The position numbers and the translations under genes were made by a program. From positions 386,172-450,171 of the forward strand of contig OY970358.1 of NCBI GenBank assembly GCA_963718575.1: a stretch of 64,000 nt of DNA, in the 5' to 3' direction. The DNA is from an uncultured bacterium (GTDB lineage Bacteria > Patescibacteriota > Minisyncoccia > UBA6257 > 2-01-FULL-56-20). Positions 7,747 through 16,718 of this stretch are shown in pieces (position 1 is the first letter of the stretch; every line of letters begins with the position of its first letter). The notes under the pieces are model-generated. The model was not told the origin of the DNA. It did not search any database and worked only from the letters and a program-made list of their open reading frames with translations.

Positions 7747-8271
7747 ATGACTCCCAAACAGGAGGCAAAACGGCAGGCGGCGTTGACAACTGCACACCAC
7801 GACTACGGAAGGGGGCTCCATTTGTATGCATTTTTCAAAGTGCGCAATCGCGCCGTAAGCGAGGACCTGGTACAGGACACGTTCATAAAAACGTGGGGGT
7901 ATTTGGTAAGGGGGGGCAAAGTGGTGGTCATGAAGGCATTTCTCTATCACATCCTCAACAATCTCATCGTGGATGAATATCGAAAGCATAAAACTGTCTC
8001 GCTTGATGTCCTGCTCGAAAAAGGATTCGAACCGAAAGCGCTGCACTCCGGATCCCCTCGCCGCCTTTTTAATTTTTTAGACGGGAAAGCGGCGCTCATT
8101 TTGATCCAGCGTCTTCCGGAAAAATATCAGATGGTGCTACGCATGCGTTATGTACAAGACCTATCACTCAAAGAAATCTCGCTCATCACCGGGCAGTCAA
8201 AAAATACCATTGCGGTCCAGATACACCGCGGGCTTGAACGACTGAAAGAGCTCTACAATCCTTCGGTGTAA
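7747..8271 (+). CDS. ECF-type RNA polymerase sigma-70 family factor
   Basis: Region 2 is EDLVQDTFIKTWGYL...LYHILNNLIVDEYRKHK and region 4 is LSLKEISLITGQSKNTIAVQIHRGLERLKE. The start was chosen at the ATG at 7747 (MTPKQ). Confidence 0.75.
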   Translation: MTPKQEAKRQAALTTAHHDYGRGLHLYAFFKVRNRAVSEDLVQDTFIKTWGYLVRGGKVVVMKAFLYHILNNLIVDEYRKHKTVSLDVLLEKGFEPKALHSGSPRRLFNFLDGKAALILIQRLPEKYQMVLRMRYVQDLSLKEISLITGQSKNTIAVQIHRGLERLKELYNPSV

Positions 8272-8301
8272 GGATTTCTGCCGTCAAGCGTCGTTATTAA
8301 T

Positions 8302-8886
8302 ATGGAAAAAAACAAGCGAGGTGAAGGACAAACCATTAGCCCTGTCGGTGCCGATTTTTTCGAGCGCCTCTGGGAGGAAAGCTGGACGTATATTAAAACC
8401 GTCGTTGACGTCGTGCGCGAACCCATTTTAATCCTCGATAAAGACCTTCGCGTGATGGCGGCAAACGAATCCTTCTATAACACATTCCAGGTGGAATCAA
8501 AGGATACCGAACATAAGATCGTGTATGAGCTCGGCAACGGCCAATGGAATATCCCCTCCCTTAAAAAACTCCTGGAGGATATTCTTCCCAAAAACACGTT
8601 CTTTAAGGGCTTTGAGGTCGCCCATGATTTTCCCGCGATCGGCCGCAAGATCATGATCCTTAATGCCCGCCAGATACACGTCGCCGCGAATGCCGCCGCG
8701 CCGCTCTTTCCGCCCATCATCCTGCTTGCCATGGAGGACGTGACGGATATGATGGCGGTCGCAGAGACGCTCGCCAACCACACAACCCAGCTTGAATCAA
8801 AACTCACAGAACGAACACAGATCCTCGAGGCGCGCATCGGAGATCTGGAAAAGGAGATCGGCAAGTTGAAAAAGGCGGCCATGTAA
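8302..8886 (+). CDS. PAS-domain protein with C-terminal coiled coil (paralog 2), candidate partner or anti-sigma of the adjacent ECF sigma
   Basis: Paralog of 7006..7584, located immediately downstream of the ECF sigma gene. Confidence 0.55.
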   Translation: MEKNKRGEGQTISPVGADFFERLWEESWTYIKTVVDVVREPILILDKDLRVMAANESFYNTFQVESKDTEHKIVYELGNGQWNIPSLKKLLEDILPKNTFFKGFEVAHDFPAIGRKIMILNARQIHVAANAAAPLFPPIILLAMEDVTDMMAVAETLANHTTQLESKLTERTQILEARIGDLEKEIGKLKKAAM

Positions 8887-8916
8887 TATCTTCGCCGCTA
8901 TGACGGCGTCTATTAT

Positions 8917-10161
8917 ATGAAAACCATAAACAAAAACTCATTATTAACAGTATTGGGCGTCTTTTTGACGTTCGGCCTTGGCGCAGCAAGCCCAATGGCG
9001 GCATTCGCAGCGGGGCCACCGCCGGTCGATCTCGGCACTGCAGGAAACTTTGCCATCCTCGCAGAAACAGGGATCTCGACCACGGGATCGACTGCAGTAG
9101 TGGGAAATATCGGCATCAGCCCGGCGGCGGCAAGCTACATCACGGGATTTGCACTGACACTCCCCTCGGCCGGCGCGTTCTCCACATCGGCACTTGTGAC
9201 GGGAGATATCTATGCGCCGGGCTATGCGCTCCCCACCCCGACGGTGATGACCACTGCGATCAGTGATATGCAGACCGCTTACACGAACGGCGCCGGAATG
9301 ACCGATCCGACCGCGACAGAACTGGGTGCCGGAAACATCGGCGGACTCACCCTGGCGCCGGGACTTTATAAGTGGAGCACCGGCGTGACCATTCCGACGG
9401 ATGTCACGCTCTCTGGCGGCCCGAACGATGTCTGGGTATTCCAAATAGCGCAGGGTCTCAATGTGAGCCCGGGAGTAAACGTCGTCCTCAGTGGCGGCGC
9501 GCAGGCGAGCAATGTTTTCTGGATCGTCGCCGGACAGACCACCATCGGCACGACCGCGGTCGTGAACGGAACTATTTTAGATCAGACCACCATCGTATTG
9601 AACACAGGCGCGGTGTTAAATGGCCGGGCACTCGCGCAGGCAGCGGTGACACTCGACGCAAATACGGTGACGGAACCGGGAGCCGCGTCGACGCCGGCGC
9701 CCGTCGTCGTCATGGTGCCGACGTCGACGCCAGTGATAGTATCGACGCCAACTCCGGTATATACCTCTACGACGGCGTCTTCTACTAACAATCCGACGCT
9801 CACGCAGGCACAGACGACACAGGGGGCGCCGAATGCCACCCTACAAACCGAGTTGAACGGACTATTGTCTGAACTACAAACACTTCAAACCGAAGCGGCG
9901 CAACAAGGGTCACCAATCCAGGACGTTGCGGTAAATCTTTCGCAAGGCAGTACCGGCGATGCAGTGGCAATGTTGCAACAATTTTTGATCGACCAAAACA
10001 AAGGTCCGGCCGCCCAGGCACTGGCAAACGTTGGAGCGACTGCTTACTTTGGCTCCCTCACTCGCGCGGCATTGGCGGAATTTCAGGCGAGCGTCGGCGT
10101 CGGTCCGGCACTTGGAAATTTTGGAGCGATCACTCGGGCATATATCAGCGCGCATTACTAA
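8917..10161 (+). CDS. secreted DUF3494 (ice-binding-like) domain protein with a Ser/Thr/Pro linker and a C-terminal peptidoglycan-binding-like domain
   Basis: It has a signal peptide. LGTAGNFAILAETGISTTGSTAVVGNIGISPAAAS is the hallmark DUF3494 N-terminus. The C-terminal GDAVAMLQQFL...LTRAALAEFQAS is PG_binding_1-like. Confidence 0.65.
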   Translation: MKTINKNSLLTVLGVFLTFGLGAASPMAAFAAGPPPVDLGTAGNFAILAETGISTTGSTAVVGNIGISPAAASYITGFALTLPSAGAFSTSALVTGDIYAPGYALPTPTVMTTAISDMQTAYTNGAGMTDPTATELGAGNIGGLTLAPGLYKWSTGVTIPTDVTLSGGPNDVWVFQIAQGLNVSPGVNVVLSGGAQASNVFWIVAGQTTIGTTAVVNGTILDQTTIVLNTGAVLNGRALAQAAVTLDANTVTEPGAASTPAPVVVMVPTSTPVIVSTPTPVYTSTTASSTNNPTLTQAQTTQGAPNATLQTELNGLLSELQTLQTEAAQQGSPIQDVAVNLSQGSTGDAVAMLQQFLIDQNKGPAAQALANVGATAYFGSLTRAALAEFQASVGVGPALGNFGAITRAYISAHY

Positions 10162-10189
10162 ATCAATATAATAATTTAAACAAAAAAAC

Positions 10190-11527
10190 ATGAAGCGAAT
10201 CGAAGACAATATAATCACAACGATAATATCTGTTTTCTTGGTGCTCGGCGTTGCAGGACCCGCTATAGCATTTGCCGCCGGCCCGGCGCCGTTGAATCTC
10301 GGCACGGCCGGTAATTTTGCCATCCTCGCAGAAACCGCAATAACGACAACAGGAGCCACGGCGATCACCGGCGATGTCGGCATCAGTCCGGCAGCGGCAA
10401 CCTTCCTTCAGGGATTTGGATTGACGGCGGATCCGTCCAATACTTTTTCAACGTCAGCGCTCGTGACCGGAAAAATCTATGCCGCCAATTATACGCCGCC
10501 GACACCGGCATATATGACCACCGCCGTAAGCAATATGGATGCAGCATACGTTGATGGCGCCGGAAGGGCGACGCCCAACGCCACAAACGTTGATGCCGGG
10601 ATTCTTGGCGGAGAAACATTCGCCCCCGGACTCTATAATTGGACGACAGGCGTCACCATAGCGGCAGGAGGAACACCATCAACGACGATCACGTTGAACG
10701 GCGGCCCGAATGATGTCTGGATATTTCAGATAGATGGGAATATGACCGTTGCCGATGGAGGTAATCTGGGCAATGGTGCGCAGATCTTGCTCACTGGAGG
10801 AGCTCAGGCTCAAAATGTATATTGGGTCGTTGGCGGCTCCACGGGCGCAACACTCGGGGCATATTCAACATTCAATGGAAATATATTGAGCGCGAAACAG
10901 ATCATCATGAACGCAGGCGCGGCGTTGAACGGCCGGGCGCTCGCGCAAAGCCAGATCACGATGATTGCGAATACGGTTTCGCTTCCCGCCGGTTCGGCTC
11001 CTGCGACACTCAACGTCATCAAACTTGTCGTGAATGCGAATGGTGGCACGGCAATTCCTTCCAACTTCACCTTGCATGTAGAAAATGCCAGCTCCGGCCT
11101 TGACGTTGCAGGAAGTCCGTTACCTGGCGCCGCTGCGCCAGGGACACCCTATTCACTTGCTCCGGGCGCATACACGGTGAGCGAGAATGCCGCCCCGGGG
11201 TATACCCAGAGCTTTACCGGCACATGCAATGCAAGCGGCAATATCACTCTTACCGCAGGCGAGGTGGCGACCTGTACTATCGTAAACAGTGACATTCCGG
11301 CGCCAGTGGTGGCACCAGTCGTCAGTGGTGGCGGAGGCGGCGGAGAGATCGTGCCTTTGATCGGCATCACAAAAGTTCCTGCACCACTTACACTCCCCGC
11401 AGGGCCCGGCCAGGTCACCTACACCTATACCGTTCTGGAATGTCGGAGGGGACGCCCCGTTGACCGACGTCACCGTGACCGACAACAGATGCAGTCCGGT
11501 GACATACCTTTCCGGCGATCTAAATAA
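10190..11527 (+). CDS. secreted DUF3494 (ice-binding-like) protein, N-terminal part of a frameshifted LPXTG surface protein
   Basis: The LGTAGNFAILAETAITTTGATAITGDVGISPAAAT motif is present. The frame breaks after VTYTYTV (about 11430-11460) and continues in the +1 frame as LTDVTVTDNRCSPV. Confidence 0.6.
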   Translation: MKRIEDNIITTIISVFLVLGVAGPAIAFAAGPAPLNLGTAGNFAILAETAITTTGATAITGDVGISPAAATFLQGFGLTADPSNTFSTSALVTGKIYAANYTPPTPAYMTTAVSNMDAAYVDGAGRATPNATNVDAGILGGETFAPGLYNWTTGVTIAAGGTPSTTITLNGGPNDVWIFQIDGNMTVADGGNLGNGAQILLTGGAQAQNVYWVVGGSTGATLGAYSTFNGNILSAKQIIMNAGAALNGRALAQSQITMIANTVSLPAGSAPATLNVIKLVVNANGGTAIPSNFTLHVENASSGLDVAGSPLPGAAAPGTPYSLAPGAYTVSENAAPGYTQSFTGTCNASGNITLTAGEVATCTIVNSDIPAPVVAPVVSGGGGGGEIVPLIGITKVPAPLTLPAGPGQVTYTYTVLECRRGRPVDRRHRDRQQMQSGDIPFRRSK

Positions 11528-12143
11528 TAATGGACAACTTGACCCGGGCGAAAACTGGAAATATGACTGCGTCACCACGCTTGCCAGCACTACCACAAAC
11601 ACGGCTATCGCCACTGGGCATACCGGCACCCAGACCGCGGTCGCAACGGCCGTCGCGACAGTCGTTGTCGGCGCACCGCTTGACCCTCCGCTCATAAATA
11701 TTGTGAAAGTGCCGAGCCGCCTGGTCCCCTTCCCATTCGGCGGCGGTACGGTTACCTATACCTACACCGTCACCAACCCAGGAATGGTTCCGTTGAACAA
11801 CGTGTCGGTGACCGATAATAGATGCAGCCCGGTAAATTATCTTTCGGGTGATGTGAATGGGAACGGCCTCCTTGATCCGGGTGAGGTGTGGACCTATGCC
11901 TGCAGCACTAATATCACAAACTCGACCACCAATACCGCCACCGCCGAAGGAAGTGCGAACGGGCTTACCGCGATCGGCTATGCCTTTGCCACCGTCCTCG
12001 TATCCGCCCCCGTGTCCACGCCCGGACTTCCGAATACCGGATTTCCTCCGGCGGGGAACGACATCCCGTGGATTATCCTGGTAGTGACTGGCATCTCTAC
12101 AGCAATAATCTTATATTTCACCCAAAAGCGGCGGGTGGGATAA
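11460..12143 (+). CDS. DUF11-repeat (TIGR01451-like) C-terminal part with an LPNTG sortase-anchoring signal
   Basis: There are two repeats of VTYTYTVTN..VTDNRCSPV.YLSGD.N.NG.LDPGE.W.Y.C. The C-terminal LPNTG is followed by a hydrophobic helix and KRRVG. Confidence 0.65.
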   Translation: MTDVTVTDNRCSPVTYLSGDLNNNGQLDPGENWKYDCVTTLASTTTNTAIATGHTGTQTAVATAVATVVVGAPLDPPLINIVKVPSRLVPFPFGGGTVTYTYTVTNPGMVPLNNVSVTDNRCSPVNYLSGDVNGNGLLDPGEVWTYACSTNITNSTTNTATAEGSANGLTAIGYAFATVLVSAPVSTPGLPNTGFPPAGNDIPWIILVVTGISTAIILYFTQKRRVG

Positions 12144-12160
12144 TAATAAAAAAACGGGGT

Positions 12161-12790
12161 ATGCGATCGAACATCTCATCAACGTGGTCGATTATTATTG
12201 GCGCAGTTGTGCTCGTCTGTACGGGGGCTGTTGTTTTTTTCATACCCCCCAATGTTCAAGGGCAGTATTCGACCGGTGGTTCGCCCGTCGTCGCAGTTGT
12301 GCCAACCGTTGCGCCGGTCGCGGTCAGCGCCTCTTCTCCCTCGCAAACCGTGGGAATTCCTGCCCGTCTCATTATTCCGGCGATCAACATTGATACCACG
12401 ATAGCGCCGGCCGGGCTCGTCGATGGTGCCATGGGCGTACCCGTCGGTCCCACGAGCACCACGTGGTTCGATCTCGGCCCGCGTCCAGGCCAGATCGGGA
12501 GTGCGGTGATTGCCGGGCATGAAGGATGGAAGGACGGCATCTTTGCGATTTTCGATAATCTTCACGAACTGAGGCCGGGCGATGAGATCTATGTTGTGGA
12601 CGATCAAGGAGCGACCACGACCTTCGTAGTACAGACACTCCAGCTCTATAGCCAGAACGCCAATGCCTCATCGGTATTCACCTCAAATGACGGCTTGGCG
12701 CATTTGAACCTTATCACGTGCGAGGGCACATGGAACGCGGCAGAAAAAAGCTATTCCGACCGGCTTGTGGTATTTGCCAACAAGGAATAA
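12161..12790 (+). CDS. sortase (transpeptidase)
   Basis: There is an N-terminal TM segment, an IAGHEGW catalytic His and an LNLITCEG (TLxTC) catalytic Cys. It follows the LPNTG substrate gene directly. Confidence 0.7.
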   Translation: MRSNISSTWSIIIGAVVLVCTGAVVFFIPPNVQGQYSTGGSPVVAVVPTVAPVAVSASSPSQTVGIPARLIIPAINIDTTIAPAGLVDGAMGVPVGPTSTTWFDLGPRPGQIGSAVIAGHEGWKDGIFAIFDNLHELRPGDEIYVVDDQGATTTFVVQTLQLYSQNANASSVFTSNDGLAHLNLITCEGTWNAAEKSYSDRLVVFANKE

Positions 12791-12801
12791 AAACCTTTGC
12801 G

Positions 12802-13869
12802 TCATGGCGCGAATGGCGTTGCGCCGCGCCAGTCGGCAGTGTACGTCTTTATGAGCGACGTGATGATGCCCGGATCCGTCAGTATGATTCCGAGCTCTCG
12901 GTTGTCACTGAGTGATGTCGCAGAAAAATTTTCTGACCCAACAAACGCCCGGGCGGATGCACTCTCGCCATCAGCAACAATCACCTTGGCATGAACATAG
13001 AGCGGCGCGTCATCCGCATCGGCATAGGTGCGCACATGCACTCCTGCGGTGGTAAGCTCTTCGAACTCCCACTTCCATTCAAGAGCGCCTGTCATATCCA
13101 CATAGACGGCGATGCCCCGTCGCGCGGCATCGATGAGTGCTTTCGTCACGACCGGATCAGCCATCTCCTCGTTGTATATATAGAGTGATTTTCTCGCCCC
13201 ATCAATAAGATTGATCAACGCCGGTTCCGAACCAGGGCTCCAAAGAAGGTCGTCGCCTGAGTCGCCGTTGTTACCGCCGCTCGCGGGAGTGCCACGCCCT
13301 GGCGTGGCGCTCCCCTCCCAATCATCATTGAACGTATCCTTCATTGCCTCAACATCGCGTGTGTCATCGTCAACAATTCCAAAGTCACGTCCGGTGGCGT
13401 AATAGTTTGAAACCAAGTTGAAGGTCATGACGAGCGCGCGATCGCTGTCGACGACCAGTGATTTTTCGTGCGTCAAAGAAAAATACGATGGCGACCATCG
13501 CACCGGGATTCCACGCGCAGTTAAGTAGTCATATACCGCGCCGTTCATCGTGGACATCGCCCCTTGATACCCGGCACTCAGGATGACCCGCACCGCTACG
13601 CCGCGCCGTTCATCTGCCACGAGCGCGGACTCGATCTGTGGGTCATCAAACTCATACATCACGAGATCCACGGACGCCGAAGCACCGCGGATCATCGTAA
13701 GTACCGGCGCGATGCCATCGTCCGGTTCGGTAATAAGCGAAAACGCTCCACTTGAAGTAATATTTTTATATTGAACTGGAAAGAATTGCGCGTGAAATCG
13801 AAACAAGACAAAAATCCCTGCCATCGCGATACAAATCGAGATGAATATATGGTTTCGTTTCATTCCCAA
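12802..13869 (-). CDS. phospholipase D-family protein (two HKD motifs), membrane-anchored
   Basis: HKD motif 1 is THEKSLVVDSD and HKD motif 2 is VHAKVIVADGESASARAFVGSENFS. Confidence 0.7.
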   Translation of the reverse strand: MGMKRNHIFISICIAMAGIFVLFRFHAQFFPVQYKNITSSGAFSLITEPDDGIAPVLTMIRGASASVDLVMYEFDDPQIESALVADERRGVAVRVILSAGYQGAMSTMNGAVYDYLTARGIPVRWSPSYFSLTHEKSLVVDSDRALVMTFNLVSNYYATGRDFGIVDDDTRDVEAMKDTFNDDWEGSATPGRGTPASGGNNGDSGDDLLWSPGSEPALINLIDGARKSLYIYNEEMADPVVTKALIDAARRGIAVYVDMTGALEWKWEFEELTTAGVHVRTYADADDAPLYVHAKVIVADGESASARAFVGSENFSATSLSDNRELGIILTDPGIITSLIKTYTADWRGATPFAP

Positions 13870-13982
13870 ACCCTACCATTTGCATATTAAAAAAAGATTA
13901 TCTACCCATTGCCTTTTTCGTCAATAGAATAAGGAAAATATGACGTGAAATTGTTCCCTTTCCGCAAATCCATAATTCCAGT

Positions 13983-15059
13983 ATGCTAACAAACGACATG
14001 GCCGGCACAAAAACCACTAATAACAACTTCTGGCTTAAGCTCCCCCGCCCGATCATGGCGCAGGCGCCGATGGCGAACGTCACGGACGCGGCTTTCCGGC
14101 GCATGTTCGCGGAGTGCGGCAAGCCGGACGTCTTTTGGACGGAATTCGTTTCCGTGGAAGGCTTGCTTTCGCGCGGGCGCGAGAAACTGCTTACCGACCT
14201 CTGGTTCGACAAAGAAAACCCTGCCGAGCGCCCGATCGTGGCGCAGATCTTCGGCGGTAAGCCGGAACAGTTCGAGGCAGTGGCACCGCTCATCAAAGAG
14301 CTCGGCTTCGATGGCATCGACATCAATATGGGTTGCCCTGACCGTGGCGTAGAAAAGTCCGGGGCTGGAGCCGGGCTTATTAAGACCCCAGCAGTCGCAA
14401 AAGAAATCATTCGCGCGCTCAAGCGCGGCCTCATGGCGGCGGCGAACGGTGCGGGCGGGCTCCCCGTCTCCGTAAAAACCCGGCTCGGGTATTCGAACAC
14501 CGCCGAGATGGAAACCTGGATCCCGACGCTACTCGAAGAAAACCTAGCGGCGCTCACCGTCCACCTCCGCACCCGCGCCGAGATGTCCGACGTACCGGCG
14601 CACTGGGATCTGGCACCAAAAATAGTGACCATGAGGGACAAAATCGCCCCAAAAACCATCCTCCTCGGCAATGGCGACGTCCGCTCGCTCGAAGACGGCC
14701 GCCAAAAAGCCGCCGAATCCGGCATGGACGGAGCGATGGTAGGCTCCGGCCTCTTTGGCAACCCTTGGTTCTTCTCCGGCCGGGTGCCAGGCGTCCGGGA
14801 ACGGCTCGAACGGCTCGTCACTCACACCGAACTCTTTGAGAAGCTCTACCGGAGCGATAACCCCAAGACCATCGGCCAGGGTGGCCGGCTTAAGAACTTT
14901 GACGTGATGAAGAAGCACTATAAATCCTATACGACGGCATATGACGGCTTCGATGGCGCTAAAGAGCTCCGCCTCCGACTGATGGAAGCGGAAAATGCGG
15001 CCGAGGTGAGTAAAATAATCCAGAATTTCCTAAAAAAGCACCCTGAGGAGGCGTCTTGA
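13983..15059 (+). CDS. dus: tRNA-dihydrouridine synthase
   Basis: MAQAPMANVTDAAFRRM, DINMGCP and VKTRLG are Dus family signatures. The true start may be an internal Met at 13998 or 14055. Confidence 0.8.
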   Translation: MLTNDMAGTKTTNNNFWLKLPRPIMAQAPMANVTDAAFRRMFAECGKPDVFWTEFVSVEGLLSRGREKLLTDLWFDKENPAERPIVAQIFGGKPEQFEAVAPLIKELGFDGIDINMGCPDRGVEKSGAGAGLIKTPAVAKEIIRALKRGLMAAANGAGGLPVSVKTRLGYSNTAEMETWIPTLLEENLAALTVHLRTRAEMSDVPAHWDLAPKIVTMRDKIAPKTILLGNGDVRSLEDGRQKAAESGMDGAMVGSGLFGNPWFFSGRVPGVRERLERLVTHTELFEKLYRSDNPKTIGQGGRLKNFDVMKKHYKSYTTAYDGFDGAKELRLRLMEAENAAEVSKIIQNFLKKHPEEAS

Positions 15060-15152
15060 CATCCCAAACTACCCCTTCGGCTTGCCAAGATCCCCTCCCG
15101 GCCAATCCATTGACTTTTTGGAGGGGGTCTGCTAGTATTAGGGAACAAATAA

Positions 15153-15668
15153 ATGAGTAGTATATATTACCCCGCGAGGGGCTTTTTTATTGGGAAAGCC
15201 AGTAAATACCTACTAATTCTGGTTGCCGTAGGCCTTATGGTCTACCCGGGCACCATTCAGGCCGACACGATGGCCGCCCACCCCGTCCTGAGCGCACCGA
15301 TCGCGGCAGTGGGGGTTCAAGCCACGGCTTCCGCGCCCGAAACCCTGTCTATAACGCCGCCCAATACCCAGACAGTCTGGGTGACGGCCTACACGAGCGA
15401 CCCGGACGAGACGTCCGACCACCCCCTCATCACCGCCTCGGGTGGGATGGTGCGGGACGGCGTAGTGGCTGACAACCTGCTCCCCTTCGGGACCGAGATC
15501 GAAATCCCTGCTCTCTTTGGTGCTAAGGTCTTTACCGTTGAAGATCGCACGAACGCCAAGTTCAGCGGTCGCGTGGATATCTGGATGCCTACTTATAATC
15601 AAGCCCTCGACTTTGGCATCCAGAAGGCGCAGATCGTCATCCTCGACCAGAATCTGGCGATGAAGTAG
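15153..15668 (+). CDS. 3D-domain (MltA/RlpA-like) cell-wall-associated protein
   Basis: The pattern VWVTAYTSDPDETSDHPLITASGGMVRDGVVADNLLPFGTEIEIP...GRVDIWM matches the 3D domain. Confidence 0.5.
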   Translation: MSSIYYPARGFFIGKASKYLLILVAVGLMVYPGTIQADTMAAHPVLSAPIAAVGVQATASAPETLSITPPNTQTVWVTAYTSDPDETSDHPLITASGGMVRDGVVADNLLPFGTEIEIPALFGAKVFTVEDRTNAKFSGRVDIWMPTYNQALDFGIQKAQIVILDQNLAMK

Positions 15669-15677
15669 AATAGTCTG

Positions 15678-16253
15678 GTGTCCAGGCAACTTTTCCGGTT
15701 CCTCATCAAATACAAGTACTGGGTGATATTCCCTATCGCCACGCTCGAGGGCCCGATCATCACTATGGTGTCGGGATTTCTTATATCGCTCGGCATTTTG
15801 AGCTTCATCCCCACGTTATTGGTGGTCTTTGCCGGAGATATCCTCTCCGATTCTTTTTATTATGCCCTCGGCCGGCGCGGGCGCAGGTTCGTGGAGCGGG
15901 TAAAATTCCTGCACATCACCGAAGCGCGCTTGGAAAAAGTGGAAGAGCACTTCAAGAAGTATCCTGGGAAGACGTTTATGATAAGCAAGGCGTCGTACGG
16001 CGTGGGATCGTTGTTTTTGGTGGCTGCCGGAGCGTCAAAGATGGCCTATCAGAAGTTTCTGGAATACATAACGCCGATGAATGCCCTACGTTCCACTATA
16101 TTGTTGCTGATCGGCTACTTTTTGGGTCGTGCAGTGCGCCACGCGGACGTCTATCTTGAATACTACACGCTCGCGGTCATCATCATTCTGCCGATCGGGT
16201 ATTATATAGTTAAGCAGATACAAAAGATCAGGACGGGAGAGCCATTATTATAA
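15678..16253 (+). CDS. DedA/VTT-family membrane protein
   Basis: Topology and motifs are typical of DedA (EGPIITMVSGFL...GRAV). Confidence 0.6.
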   Translation: MSRQLFRFLIKYKYWVIFPIATLEGPIITMVSGFLISLGILSFIPTLLVVFAGDILSDSFYYALGRRGRRFVERVKFLHITEARLEKVEEHFKKYPGKTFMISKASYGVGSLFLVAAGASKMAYQKFLEYITPMNALRSTILLLIGYFLGRAVRHADVYLEYYTLAVIIILPIGYYIVKQIQKIRTGEPLL

Positions 16254-16666
16254 TGAAAAGCATATTAAAAGGGTTCAAGGAGTTCGTATTGCGCGGGAAC
16301 GTGGTGGATCTTGCCGTCGGCGTCATGATCGGCGCGGCGTTCAACACTGTCGTCACGGCGCTCGTCAAAGACCTGATGACTCCGCTCATCGCGGCGATCG
16401 TGAAGCAGCCCAATTTTTCCACGTTTTCGTTCACTTTGAACGGCAGCCAGTTCCTTTATGGCGATTTCATAAACGACCTTATCTCTTTTTTGATCACCGC
16501 GGCGACGATCTATTTCTTTATCGTCGTTCCCGTTAATAAACTGAGTAGTATACATAAAGGCCCTCCGCCCGAGGCGACCACGAAAGTGTGCCCGGAGTGT
16601 CTGAGTAGTATTCCTGCCAAAGCGCATCGGTGTGCTTTCTGCGCGAGCGTGCAGAAAGCTAAATAA
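16253..16666 (+). CDS. mscL: large-conductance mechanosensitive channel with a C-terminal CxxC...CxxC extension
   Basis: KEFVLRGNVVDLAVGVMIGAAF is the MscL TM1 signature. An extra C-terminal CPECLSSIPAKAHRCAFC is present. Confidence 0.8.
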   Translation: MKSILKGFKEFVLRGNVVDLAVGVMIGAAFNTVVTALVKDLMTPLIAAIVKQPNFSTFSFTLNGSQFLYGDFINDLISFLITAATIYFFIVVPVNKLSSIHKGPPPEATTKVCPECLSSIPAKAHRCAFCASVQKAK

Positions 16667-16684
16667 TTTTTTTAATAAAAGAAA

Positions 16685-16713
16685 ATGGCCACCGAGTTTT
16701 CCTGGTGGCCATG
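16685..16713. terminator. bidirectional intrinsic terminator hairpin between convergent mscL and the ABC exporter
   Basis: atggccacc...ggtggccat forms a 9-bp stem. On the minus strand it is followed by tttcttttatt. Confidence 0.5.
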
Positions 16714-16718
16714 AATTT

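Noticed and set aside
9660-9800. possible tandem nucleotide repeat / CRISPR-like periodicity
   Set aside because: It is a Ser/Thr/Pro-rich linker-coding region of the DUF3494 protein. It has no spacer-repeat architecture, and no CRISPR array is present anywhere in the window.
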